Positions 17,091 to 24,450 are shown, counted from the stretch's first letter. The stretch is DNA of 32,000 bases from Candidatus Micrarchaeum sp. (GCF_016806735.1 NZ_CP060530.1:900001-932000), one strand, 5' to 3'. Notes: generated from the letters alone by a model not told the origin. Numbers and translations: made by a program.

Positions 17091-17846
17091 ATGGCAGTAA
17101 GTCTGATTTTATGGAATGTAAATGGCATAAGGGCAGCCAAGGAAGAGGCCCTGAAGCTCATAAAAAGCGAGAAGCCAGACGTAATAGGTTTTCAGGAAAT
17201 AAAGGCTGATGAAAAAACAATCCCGAAAGAATTCTACGATCTCGGCTATGAAGTCGAGATAAACCCTGCCGAAAAGAGGGGCTACAGCGGCACAATGAGC
17301 CTTGCCAAAAAGAAGCCGCTCACAGTCCTCAACGATTTTGAGGACAACGAAGGCAGGGTTCAAACATTGGAATTCTCCGATTTCTATTTCATAAATTCGT
17401 ACTTCCCGAATTCGAGAAGGGATTTGTCAAGGCTGGACCTAAAGCGCGAGTTCAATGCAAGGATGCTTGATTACATAAAGAAGCTTGAAAGGAAGAAGCC
17501 GGTAGCCATATGCGGCGACTTCAATGTTGCGCATGAGGATATAGACATAGCCAGGCCGAAGGAGAATGCGCACAACGCTGGATTTACTGCAGAGGAACGC
17601 AGCGACATGGATCTGTTCATAGGCTCCGGGCTTGTCGACACGTTCAGGATTTTCAGCAAGGAGCCGGGAAATTACACATGGTGGTCATACATGTTCAAGG
17701 CCAGGGATAAGAACATAGGATGGCGCATAGACTATTTCCTGATATCAAAAAAGCTGAAGGATAAAGCGGTAAGCGCCAGCATATTGAAGGATGTTAAAGG
17801 ATCTGATCATGTTCCGGTAAAACTCGTCCTTGATTGCAGGATTTGA
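17091..17846 (+). CDS. xth: Exodeoxyribonuclease III / AP endonuclease (ExoIII/Xth family)
   Basis: LWNVNGIRA, GFQEIKA, GYSGT, NSYFPN, CGDFNVAHEDIDI, GFTAEER, YTWWSY, WRIDYFL, GSDHVPV. ATG at 17091; the listed start 17088 is TTG. Confidence 0.92.
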   Translation: MAVSLILWNVNGIRAAKEEALKLIKSEKPDVIGFQEIKADEKTIPKEFYDLGYEVEINPAEKRGYSGTMSLAKKKPLTVLNDFEDNEGRVQTLEFSDFYFINSYFPNSRRDLSRLDLKREFNARMLDYIKKLERKKPVAICGDFNVAHEDIDIARPKENAHNAGFTAEERSDMDLFIGSGLVDTFRIFSKEPGNYTWWSYMFKARDKNIGWRIDYFLISKKLKDKAVSASILKDVKGSDHVPVKLVLDCRI

Positions 17847-17849
17847 GGC

Positions 17850-18278
17850 TTATTTGACTACTTCCTGTATGTAAGAGGGATACACTTTCCTTACCCCTTC
17901 TATGGACATAACCCTATTTATTTCCGAGTCTATCGATTCCGAATCGGAGGCTATTATTGCTATGGCTGAATGGTCTCCGCTTGACCTGTAAAGCTCCTTG
18001 ACGAATTGAAGCTCCTTTATAGAATTCATTGCCTTCATATAGCTCTCGGGCTCTATGTCCAAGCCTACTATGACTTCGGACATGCCGAGCCTGTTGAGCC
18101 TTGCCCTTGCCTTGTAGCCTATTATTACCTTGGATTCGGAGAGCTGTGCTATCCTGTTGCGTATGGTTCCTGGGCTTACGCCGTACGCTGCTGCCAGCTC
18201 CTCCACAGGAACCTTGGAATTTGTTATAAGCCTGTCCATTATGAGCTTGTCCAGCATTTTTGGCAAATCTTTTGTCAT
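17850..18278 (-). CDS. Lrp/AsnC family transcriptional regulator
   Basis: 142 aa. N-terminal HTH (VEELAAAYGVSPGTIRNRIAQL) plus a C-terminal RAM/AsnC-type ligand domain. Divergent from the peroxiredoxin gene. Confidence 0.8.
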   Translation of the reverse strand: MTKDLPKMLDKLIMDRLITNSKVPVEELAAAYGVSPGTIRNRIAQLSESKVIIGYKARARLNRLGMSEVIVGLDIEPESYMKAMNSIKELQFVKELYRSSGDHSAIAIIASDSESIDSEINRVMSIEGVRKVYPSYIQEVVK

Positions 18279-18351
18279 TTATATCAATTTATATGATAAA
18301 AATAACAAAATATTTATATATTTGGATAAACAATATAGTAACAGTGATAAT
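18279..18351. promoter_or_regulatory. Divergent AT-rich promoter region (lrp-like gene / peroxiredoxin)
   Basis: 73-nt spacer, almost entirely A/T, with several TATA-like boxes (tttatatc, atttatatga, tatttatatattt) facing both directions. Confidence 0.4.
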
Positions 18352-18942
18352 ATGGAAGGAGTGCCAATAGAGGAAAGATTTGAACAGATGGAGGCAAACG
18401 CTTATTTTCCGAAGGAAGACAAGATAGAAAAGATCAAGGTACCGGAAAAGGGTCGTTGGAGCATACTGACGTTCTACCCTGGCGATTTCACGTTCGTGTG
18501 CGCCACGGACATAGAGGCCTTTATGGGACTCTACGACGAATTCAAGAAGAATGATGCAGACGTATTCGCAATAAGCACGGACAGCGTTTTCTCGCACAAG
18601 GGCTGGGCGCAGACAAGCCCAAGGGTTCAGAAGAGTTCCATACCAATGATTGAGGACTTCAACAAGGAGATAACGAGAAAGTTCGGCCTGCTCAATGCAA
18701 GCACGGGACAGGCAAGGAGATCTGTAGTTATAATAGACCCTGACGGAAGCATACAGTACATGGCTGCTTTCAACAACAACCTTGGAAAGGACGCCGACCA
18801 CATACTGAACGCCTTCCTGGGGCTCAAGTACCTTAGGGACCACCCTGCAAAGGAGGGCCACATGTGCGCGATACCTGCAAACTGGAGAAAGGGCAAGGAG
18901 GCGCTCGACATAGACGTTGTAAAGGACATAGGAAAGCTCTGA
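18352..18942 (+). CDS. Peroxiredoxin (AhpC/TSA family, typical 2-Cys)
   Basis: Peroxidatic Cys in FYPGDFTFVCATD. WAQTS..IPMIED. Resolving Cys in GHMCAIPANW. Start set at ATG 18352; the listed 18130 start runs through the lrp gene and promoter. Confidence 0.9.
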   Translation: MEGVPIEERFEQMEANAYFPKEDKIEKIKVPEKGRWSILTFYPGDFTFVCATDIEAFMGLYDEFKKNDADVFAISTDSVFSHKGWAQTSPRVQKSSIPMIEDFNKEITRKFGLLNASTGQARRSVVIIDPDGSIQYMAAFNNNLGKDADHILNAFLGLKYLRDHPAKEGHMCAIPANWRKGKEALDIDVVKDIGKL

Positions 18943-19083
18943 GCTTTCCCTGTTTTCCTTATTCTTGCAATATAGGCAGCTTTTTATATTTTAACGCTGC
19001 TAAACCTTATTGCATTTGAAGAAGCTTTAATATTCTTTCTTGCAATTAAATTAGCAAAACTTGACGCTTAAAGGCGAATTTCT

Positions 19084-19503
19084 ATGTCAAAATCCGTTAT
19101 CAACAAGCTAGTTGGCGTAGTCCGAATAAGGGGCACTGTCAACGTTAGGCACGATACCGCAGAGACCCTGAAGAGGCTCAGGCTTAAGAGGGTCAACAAC
19201 TGCACGATACTGAAGGTCAGCAAGGATTACGAAGGCATGCTTAAGACGTGCAACAACTACGTTGCTTACGGGGAGCTCGACGAGGAAGTCCTGGACAAGC
19301 TGCTGAAAAAGGCAGGTGCCGAAGCAGACGCAAAGAAGGTAGCCAGCGGCGAATATGACATGAAAAAGCTCAAGGAGCTCATGCCAGTGAGGCTGCATCC
19401 TCCAACGCACGGATACAAGAGCACCAAGCTCGGCTACAAGCAGGGCGGTGACCTCGGCTACATGGGCAGCGACATAAACAAGCTCATAAAGAGGATGATT
19501 TAA
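19084..19503 (+). CDS. rpl30p: 50S ribosomal protein uL30 (L30P)
   Basis: VVRIRGTVNVRHDTAETLKRLRLKRVNNCTIL is the archaeal L30/L7 signature. 139 aa. The stop overlaps the next start (TAATG). Confidence 0.9.
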   Translation: MSKSVINKLVGVVRIRGTVNVRHDTAETLKRLRLKRVNNCTILKVSKDYEGMLKTCNNYVAYGELDEEVLDKLLKKAGAEADAKKVASGEYDMKKLKELMPVRLHPPTHGYKSTKLGYKQGGDLGYMGSDINKLIKRMI

Positions 19504-19913
19504 TGGTAGTAAGGCATCAGAAGAAAAGCAGGAAATACCTGGGCAACAGGAGATGGGGCGTAGGAAACATAAAGAACGCCAGGGGCGCAGGAGACAGGGG
19601 AGGCGTCGGAAGAAGGACAGCGCACAAGAAGCACAACTTCACGTACCTAACAGCCAAGCATCCTGAAGAGATAAGGAAGACCGGATTCACCAAGTGGATG
19701 CCGAGAAAGCTCAAGAGCGTAAGCCTGTATTCGATAAACGCAATGCTCAAGAAGTCCAACACCAGCGAGATAGAGCTCGATGGCTACAAGGTCCTGAGCA
19801 ACGGAACACTGGAGGTTCCGGCCAAGATAAAGGCCGAAGCGTTCTCCGAAAAAGCCGTGGAGAAGATAAAGAAGGCAAACGGAGAAGCTATAACCCTGGG
19901 CAAACAGGAATGA
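19503..19913 (+). CDS. rpl15p: 50S ribosomal protein uL15 (L15P)
   Basis: KKSRKYLGNRRWGVGNIKNARGAGDRGGVGRRTAHKKH is the basic glycine-rich N-terminus typical of uL15. C-terminus KVLSNGTLEVPAKIKAEAFSEKA. Confidence 0.9.
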   Translation: MVVRHQKKSRKYLGNRRWGVGNIKNARGAGDRGGVGRRTAHKKHNFTYLTAKHPEEIRKTGFTKWMPRKLKSVSLYSINAMLKKSNTSEIELDGYKVLSNGTLEVPAKIKAEAFSEKAVEKIKKANGEAITLGKQE

Positions 19914-19965
19914 TAATTTACAACATGCCGTGGACCACGGCATTCAAAGCTGCAGTGGCAAAAAC

Positions 19966-21174
19966 ATGAAATCACGCTTGAACATTTTCTTTTATACGGA
20001 TACCTTCCTTCCGGCAGTCGACGGTGCAGTCACGTCGATGCTAGGATTCAAGGATGAGCTCGAATCCAGGGGCCACAACGTAGTAATAGTGGCTTCGGGA
20101 AACAGGAAAACAAAGGAGCTCGTAAAGGACGACAAAAATATAATAGTAGTGCCCAGTGTCAAGTTCAAAAGATACCCGCAATACAATTTCGCGCTTATGC
20201 CGTTCATGGCAGCCAGCAAGATAGGAGTTTATGATGCCGACATAGTGCACATGCAAACGCCTTTTACGGTAGGGACGTACGGCCTGCTAGTGGCCAAGAT
20301 GGGAAAAATACCGTCAGTAGGATCCTTCCACACCCTTTTCACAAAGAACAACGTGATAAAGGAATATGGGGTTTCCAACCCAATAGCAAGAAGGCTGTTT
20401 CTGAAATATGCATGGCCTTACGCCAGGTTCTTCTATGGAAGCTGCACCAGGGTTATAGCGCCCAGTGCCAGCATAAAAAATCTTCTCGTAAAGCAGAAGG
20501 TAAGCAACAGCATAGACATTGTCCCGAACGGCGTTAACATTAAGCGCTTCAGACCCAGCGTCAAGGGATCAGCGCTTAAGCACATACTCACCGGAAATGA
20601 CGAATCGGCTCTTGTGCTCTACATGGGAAGGGTGAGCAAGGAGAAGAACATAGGCACCATGCTGGCAGCAGCAAAAATACTGGCAAAGAAAAAGAAAAAG
20701 GTAAAGTTTGTCATAGCAGGAACTGGCCCGGCAATGGACCATTACATAAGATATGTTCACAGGAACGCGCTTGAAAAGACAGTAAAGTTTGTTGGATTCG
20801 TAAGCGAAAAGGAGCTTCCGAAGTATTATGCCGCGGCGGACCTGCTCTGCATGCCGTCGACTTTCGAGACGCAGGGCATAGTTTCGCTGGAAGCCATGGC
20901 TTCCGGCAAGCCGGTAGTCGGAGCGGATTACCTCGCGCTCAAGGATCTCATAATAAACGGGAAAAACGGCGAAAAGTTCAAGCCGCTAGATTATAGAGAT
21001 TGTGCCATGAAAATAGAAAAGGTTATAAATAATTTATCCTCTTATAAAGAGTGTGTAAAAACTGCCAGAGAGTATTCCATAGCAAAAGTCACGGATGGAC
21101 TCTTGAAGACTTATTCGACGGCAATTGAAGATTCTGCAAAAAGAAAAAACAACAGGTTAAAGGCGGTTTTTTGA
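19966..21174 (+). CDS. Glycosyltransferase, GT4 family (GT-B fold)
   Basis: N-terminus NIFFYTDTFLPAVDG. GRVSKEKNI. E-x7-E region PSTFETQGIVSLEAMASGKPVVG. Start set at MKSRLN (19966). Confidence 0.88.
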   Translation: MKSRLNIFFYTDTFLPAVDGAVTSMLGFKDELESRGHNVVIVASGNRKTKELVKDDKNIIVVPSVKFKRYPQYNFALMPFMAASKIGVYDADIVHMQTPFTVGTYGLLVAKMGKIPSVGSFHTLFTKNNVIKEYGVSNPIARRLFLKYAWPYARFFYGSCTRVIAPSASIKNLLVKQKVSNSIDIVPNGVNIKRFRPSVKGSALKHILTGNDESALVLYMGRVSKEKNIGTMLAAAKILAKKKKKVKFVIAGTGPAMDHYIRYVHRNALEKTVKFVGFVSEKELPKYYAAADLLCMPSTFETQGIVSLEAMASGKPVVGADYLALKDLIINGKNGEKFKPLDYRDCAMKIEKVINNLSSYKECVKTAREYSIAKVTDGLLKTYSTAIEDSAKRKNNRLKAVF

Positions 21175-21905
21175 AAGAGAGCAATGAAAACGTAGCAGCT
21201 AAAGAAGAGGCAACTGCACAGCCACAGCAAGTGAACGAGACGGTAGCACCGGCGCACAGCGCAAAGGCTGCCGATACTGGACAGGGAGCGAGGAAATCGC
21301 TGAGCCTGCTCATAAAGGAATCGAGCAACCCCGAAGTGCTGAATATAAAGAACCAGATAGACGAATGCCGAAAGGAAAGGGATGCGCTCATAACTGAGAT
21401 AAAGGACTACCGCAGAAAGCTTGAGTACAAGGAAGCCGAGAACATTGCGATATCAAAATTCGTGGAAAGCGAGAAGGATAACGTAGAAGTCAAGAAGATA
21501 GGATACCTGAAGAGGCAGAAGAACAGGCTCGAATTCAAGCTCTCGACCGAAGCCAGAATGTCCCTGGACGACGAGAAGGGGATAATAAGGAAGATAGCCG
21601 AAATAGACGGGCAGCTCGAGGGACTGCTTAAGTTCGTAAGGCTGCAGCGCAAGATAGGCTATATACAGGATGACATAAAGAATTATACTGAAAAGCTCAA
21701 CGAGACTGACAGGAAGATACGCGAGCTTGACACAAAGCTCGACGACCTCTACCTGGCAGTCAGGAAAGCATTGGGAATACGCGGCGGACGCGGAATGGAT
21801 CAGCAGCAGAGACCTGCAAGAAGAAAGCAGACCCAGCAGATGCAGCAGCCAGAGATAAACATGGAAGACATAGCAGTAATAAAGAAGAAAGGCAAGGCGG
21901 AATAA
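21171..21905 (+). CDS. Archaeal coiled-coil protein (COG1340-like), hypothetical function
   Basis: 244 aa, heptad-rich K/E/L/I sequence (RLEFKLSTEARMSLDDEKGIIRKIAEIDGQLE). Q-rich basic tail. The only in-frame start near the N-terminus is TTG 21171, which overlaps the GT4 stop (TTGA). Confidence 0.55.
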   Translation: MKESNENVAAKEEATAQPQQVNETVAPAHSAKAADTGQGARKSLSLLIKESSNPEVLNIKNQIDECRKERDALITEIKDYRRKLEYKEAENIAISKFVESEKDNVEVKKIGYLKRQKNRLEFKLSTEARMSLDDEKGIIRKIAEIDGQLEGLLKFVRLQRKIGYIQDDIKNYTEKLNETDRKIRELDTKLDDLYLAVRKALGIRGGRGMDQQQRPARRKQTQQMQQPEINMEDIAVIKKKGKAE

Positions 21906-21970
21906 CCCCCTTGCATCTTTTCCTTTATGCAGATATCGCGTGCAGTACCTTTTAAAGCAGGTAGCATGCG

Positions 21971-22069
21971 TAAATAAGAATATAAAAAACAAAAAGAAAA
22001 ACAAAAATAAAAAATAGAAAAAATAAAATAAAAAATACAAAACAGTGAAACAAAGACAGAATTTGAAAA
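21971..22069 (+). repeat. Extreme A-rich (A5N-like) low-complexity tract
   Basis: By hand count 72 of 99 nt are A on the + strand (13 T, 8 G, 6 C). Reads aaaaaac aaaaag aaaaac aaaaat aaaaaat agaaaaaat aaaat aaaaaat acaaaac. It lies between the coiled-coil gene stop and the SD/TTG start of the beta-CASP gene. Confidence 0.9.
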
Positions 22070-22074
22070 GGTGA
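22070..22074 (+). promoter_or_regulatory. Shine-Dalgarno-like GGTGA for the TTG start at 22080
   Basis: GGTGA lies 5 nt upstream of TTG, complementary to the conserved archaeal 16S 3' end (established knowledge). The same GGTG spacing is seen at 4690-4693 before TTG 4699. Confidence 0.5.
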
Positions 22075-22079
22075 AATAA

Positions 22080-23399
22080 TTGAAAATTACTTTTTTTGGA
22101 GCTGCTGGCGAAGTAGGCCGCAGCTGCATAATGGTTTCGAGCGGAAGCACAAGCATCCTTCTGGATGCAGGAGTCAAGCTCGGATCCGACGACCAATTCC
22201 CGAAGATAGAAGACGGGAAACTTAAAGATATAGACGGGATAGTCATATCCCATGCGCACTTGGACCATTGCGGATACCTTCCGCACATATACAGTGCAGG
22301 ATACAGGAACAAGACCTATGTCACAAAACCGACATCAGAGCTTGCCAATGTGCTCATAAACGACTACATGCACATATCAAACCCAAGCAACGTAACCAAG
22401 GAAGGGCTGCAGCAGCTGGGCAAGAACTACTCGCTGCACGAGTACAAGAGGGAATTCAAGATAAAAGACTTCACGATAACCTTCATACCCGCAGGGCATA
22501 TACTCGGAAGCGCGCTCATAAAGGTGAGCGACGGAAAGGAGACGCTCATATACACGGGAGACATAAACCTGACGAAGACCAGGCTGCTTGACGGCGCTGA
22601 CCTAAAGGGGCTCAAGGCAGACATACTGATAACCGAAAGCACATACGGAGGCAAGGACGACATATTCAAGGATGAGAAGGAAACCGCCAAGGACATGATA
22701 AACAGCACCGTAGAAACAATAAAAGCCGGAGGCAAGGTGGTAGTGCCCAGCTTTGCAGTGGGAAGAGCCCAGGAAGTACTGTTCCTGCTTGACGATTACA
22801 TGAATTCCGGAGTCATACCGAAGGTGCCTATTTACATGGACGGAATGATAAACAAGGCCATGAGGATACACAGGCACAACGTGATATATTGCAGGAAGGA
22901 GCTGCAGAGAAGAATACTCATGAGCGACGCTGATCCTTTCAAGAGCGAGAATTTTTCCATAGTAGAGAAGAAGAACACCAGGACAAGGATAGCCACGAAC
23001 GACGAAAGCTCCATAATAGTGACAACAAGCGGAATGCTGAGCGGAGGGCCGATAATGTACTATCTAACTAAAATGGCAGGAAATTCGCTCAACAAGATGA
23101 TACTCGTTGGATACCAGGCCGAAGGCACAATGGGAAGGGCCATGCAGGAAGGCGCGAGAGAAATAACAATAAACGACTCGAAGATAAGGGTTGAAATGGC
23201 AGTAGAAACCTACCACATGTCGGCACATGCAGACAGGAAGCAGCTCGAGAGCATACCTGGCAAGATAGCTGATCTCAAGCACATATTCATAGTGCACGGA
23301 GAGCGCAGCAAATCCGAATACCTCAAGTCGGAATTGGAGAAGCTGCCAAAGAAGTACGAAGTAACTGTGCCAAACATAGGGGATTCTTTCGACGTATGA
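22080..23399 (+). CDS. Metallo-beta-lactamase / beta-CASP ribonuclease (aCPSF2-like, no KH domains)
   Basis: KITFFGAAGEVGRSC, HxHxDH motif ISHAHLDHCGYLP, IPAGHILGSA, YTGD, ITESTYG, beta-CASP VPSFAVGRAQE, YHMSAHAD, VHGE. The conserved N-terminus requires the TTG start. Confidence 0.88.
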   Translation: MKITFFGAAGEVGRSCIMVSSGSTSILLDAGVKLGSDDQFPKIEDGKLKDIDGIVISHAHLDHCGYLPHIYSAGYRNKTYVTKPTSELANVLINDYMHISNPSNVTKEGLQQLGKNYSLHEYKREFKIKDFTITFIPAGHILGSALIKVSDGKETLIYTGDINLTKTRLLDGADLKGLKADILITESTYGGKDDIFKDEKETAKDMINSTVETIKAGGKVVVPSFAVGRAQEVLFLLDDYMNSGVIPKVPIYMDGMINKAMRIHRHNVIYCRKELQRRILMSDADPFKSENFSIVEKKNTRTRIATNDESSIIVTTSGMLSGGPIMYYLTKMAGNSLNKMILVGYQAEGTMGRAMQEGAREITINDSKIRVEMAVETYHMSAHADRKQLESIPGKIADLKHIFIVHGERSKSEYLKSELEKLPKKYEVTVPNIGDSFDV

Positions 23400-23406
23400 A
23401 TAGCTT

Positions 23407-23432
23407 GCGGGTCCGAACCCGCTTTGCCTTTT
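23407..23432 (+). terminator. Hairpin plus T-run downstream of the beta-CASP gene
   Basis: gcggg-tccgaa-cccgc (5-bp GC stem) is followed by tttgcctttt, 8 nt after the stop codon. Confidence 0.4.
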
Positions 23433-23512
23433 CTGCGCAAAAAGCTTTTAAATAACCTTCGGTTTAAATATGAGCGGATTCAATATTTTTGAAGCCGTCC
23501 AGTGAAGGGGTT

Positions 23513-23944
23513 ATGAAGCAAAAGAAGCAGGATTCGAAGAAGGAGGTAGAAAACCTCAAAAGGCTCCGCGAGATAGAAGCAATGATACAGAAGGGCGACA
23601 TAGAGAACGCTTTCGTATCCAACGCTTCGAAGGATTCGGAAACAGTAAGCAATGCCGTCGCGGACGACATACTGAACAAGCTGGAATCGGAAAACATAAA
23701 CACGCGCGACATAAGCAACATGATATCTTTCACTTCCAACAAGACAACCACGGTCATCAAGAGGCCAGATAGGAGCGCAAAGGCTGCAAAGGCAAGCAAG
23801 CCGGCAGGCAAAGCACATGCAGCCAAGAAGATGGCACAGGCCAAGCCAAAGGCTAAGCTTAAGGCAAGGCCAAAGCCGAAAATGGCAAAGCCCAATGCCA
23901 AGAAACCGCAGCACAAAAACGCTCAGAAGAAGAGAAAGCGCTGA
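23513..23944 (+). CDS. Small basic protein with histone H1-like Lys/Ala/Pro-rich C-terminal tail (hypothetical)
   Basis: ATG 23513 (MKQKKQDSKK). The C-terminal ~65 aa read KRPDRSAKAAKASKPAGKAHAAKKMAQAKPKAKLKARPKPKMAKPNAKKPQHKNAQKKRKR. The N-terminal half is acidic/polar. Confidence 0.55.
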   Translation: MKQKKQDSKKEVENLKRLREIEAMIQKGDIENAFVSNASKDSETVSNAVADDILNKLESENINTRDISNMISFTSNKTTTVIKRPDRSAKAAKASKPAGKAHAAKKMAQAKPKAKLKARPKPKMAKPNAKKPQHKNAQKKRKR

Positions 23945-23997
23945 AATCGCGACATTGTTTTACGCGGAGAAAAACCTAAACGAAGTTTTCGCAAGGC

Positions 23998-24005
23998 TTA
24001 TATAT
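23998..24005 (+). promoter_or_regulatory. TATA-like box for tRNA-Ala
   Basis: ttatatat is centred about 33 nt upstream of the mature tRNA 5' end. Confidence 0.4.
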
Positions 24006-24034
24006 TGATTTTCCATAATCCTATTTGCTTTTGA

Positions 24035-24106
24035 GGGCTCTTGGCTCAGTAGTAGAGCACCCGCTTTGCAAGCGGGGGGTCGCGGGTGCGAATCCCGCAG
24101 AGTCCA
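24035..24106 (+). tRNA. tRNA-Ala (anticodon TGC)
   Basis: Acceptor gggctct/agagtcc includes the G3:U70 alanine identity pair. D arm gctc-agtagta-gagc, anticodon arm cccgc-ttTGCaa-gcggg, T arm gcggg-tgcgaat-cccgc. Confidence 0.92.
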
Positions 24107-24123
24107 CATTTCTAAGTGCTGCT

Positions 24124-24348
24124 ATGTTAATAAAAGTAAAAGTGATTCCCAATTCCAAATTCGAGGTATTACAAAAGATAAACCCTACAAGTTATAAGCT
24201 TAAGGTTAAAGAAAAGGCGATTGAAGGACGTGCTAATATGGCCGTAATAAGTACTCTTTCGTCATATTTCAATGTGAAAAGAGCAAATATAAGGATAATA
24301 AAAGGCGCAGCGAGTAAAGATAAGATAATAGAAATTACAAGCCAGTAA
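24124..24348 (+). CDS. DUF167 (YggU/UPF0235) family protein
   Basis: 74 aa from ATG 24124: MLIKVKVIPNSKFEVL...KLKVKEKAIEGRANMAVISTLSSYFNVKRANIRIIKGAASKDKIIEI matches the DUF167 pattern (V.P.s....G.AN..l...ls..l.v.k..i.i..G..sr.K). The listed 24025 start runs through tRNA-Ala. Confidence 0.7.
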   Translation: MLIKVKVIPNSKFEVLQKINPTSYKLKVKEKAIEGRANMAVISTLSSYFNVKRANIRIIKGAASKDKIIEITSQ

Positions 24349-24450
24349 GCCTTGCGAAGTCTATTAATTAATAGATAGGCGCTAAAATTATATTTAAAGT
24401 AACGGAATATGCTTAAGCAAACTAAAGACCCAATAGAAATTGCGACAAGC

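Noticed and set aside
18130-18351. The N-terminal 74 codons of the listed 18130..18942 ORF.
   Set aside because: They overlap the lrp-like gene and the AT-rich divergent promoter. The peroxiredoxin homology begins at ATG 18352.
21971-22069. The A-rich periodic tract, considered as a CRISPR array or microsatellite.
   Set aside because: The units are 5-9 nt and degenerate with no spacers, so it is not repeat-spacer architecture. No cas genes are in the window.
21453-22312. Two long minus-strand ORFs (277 and 170 aa) spanning the A-rich tract.
   Set aside because: The poly-F/L stretches (FLFYFFYFLFLFFFLFFIFLF) are just the reverse translation of the A-tract. The remainder is antisense to the coiled-coil and beta-CASP genes.
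23407-23422. T-arm-like hairpin gcgggtccgaacccgc, considered as a tRNA fragment or integration att site.
   Set aside because: No acceptor, D or anticodon arms can be built on either strand. It is not identical to the T arm of the nearby tRNA-Ala. Its position 8 nt after a stop, followed by a T-run, fits a terminator.
23464-23916. Minus-strand ORFs (150 and 144 aa) antisense to the Lys/Ala-rich protein gene.
   Set aside because: The A/L/G/F-rich translation mirrors the repetitive AAG/GCA codons of the + strand. The + strand frame has a sensible ATG and charged N-domain. I still flag that the coding status of this locus needs confirmation.
24025-24123. The N-terminal extension of the 24025..24348 ORF.
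   Set aside because: It is a translation straight through tRNA-Ala (24035-24106). The DUF167 homology starts at ATG 24124.
24361-24374. Perfect 14-bp palindrome ctattaattaatag between the convergent DUF167 and RibA-like genes.
   Set aside because: It is entirely A/T-rich and lies in a convergent 3' region, so it is most simply a bidirectional terminator or chance palindrome. No second copy was seen.
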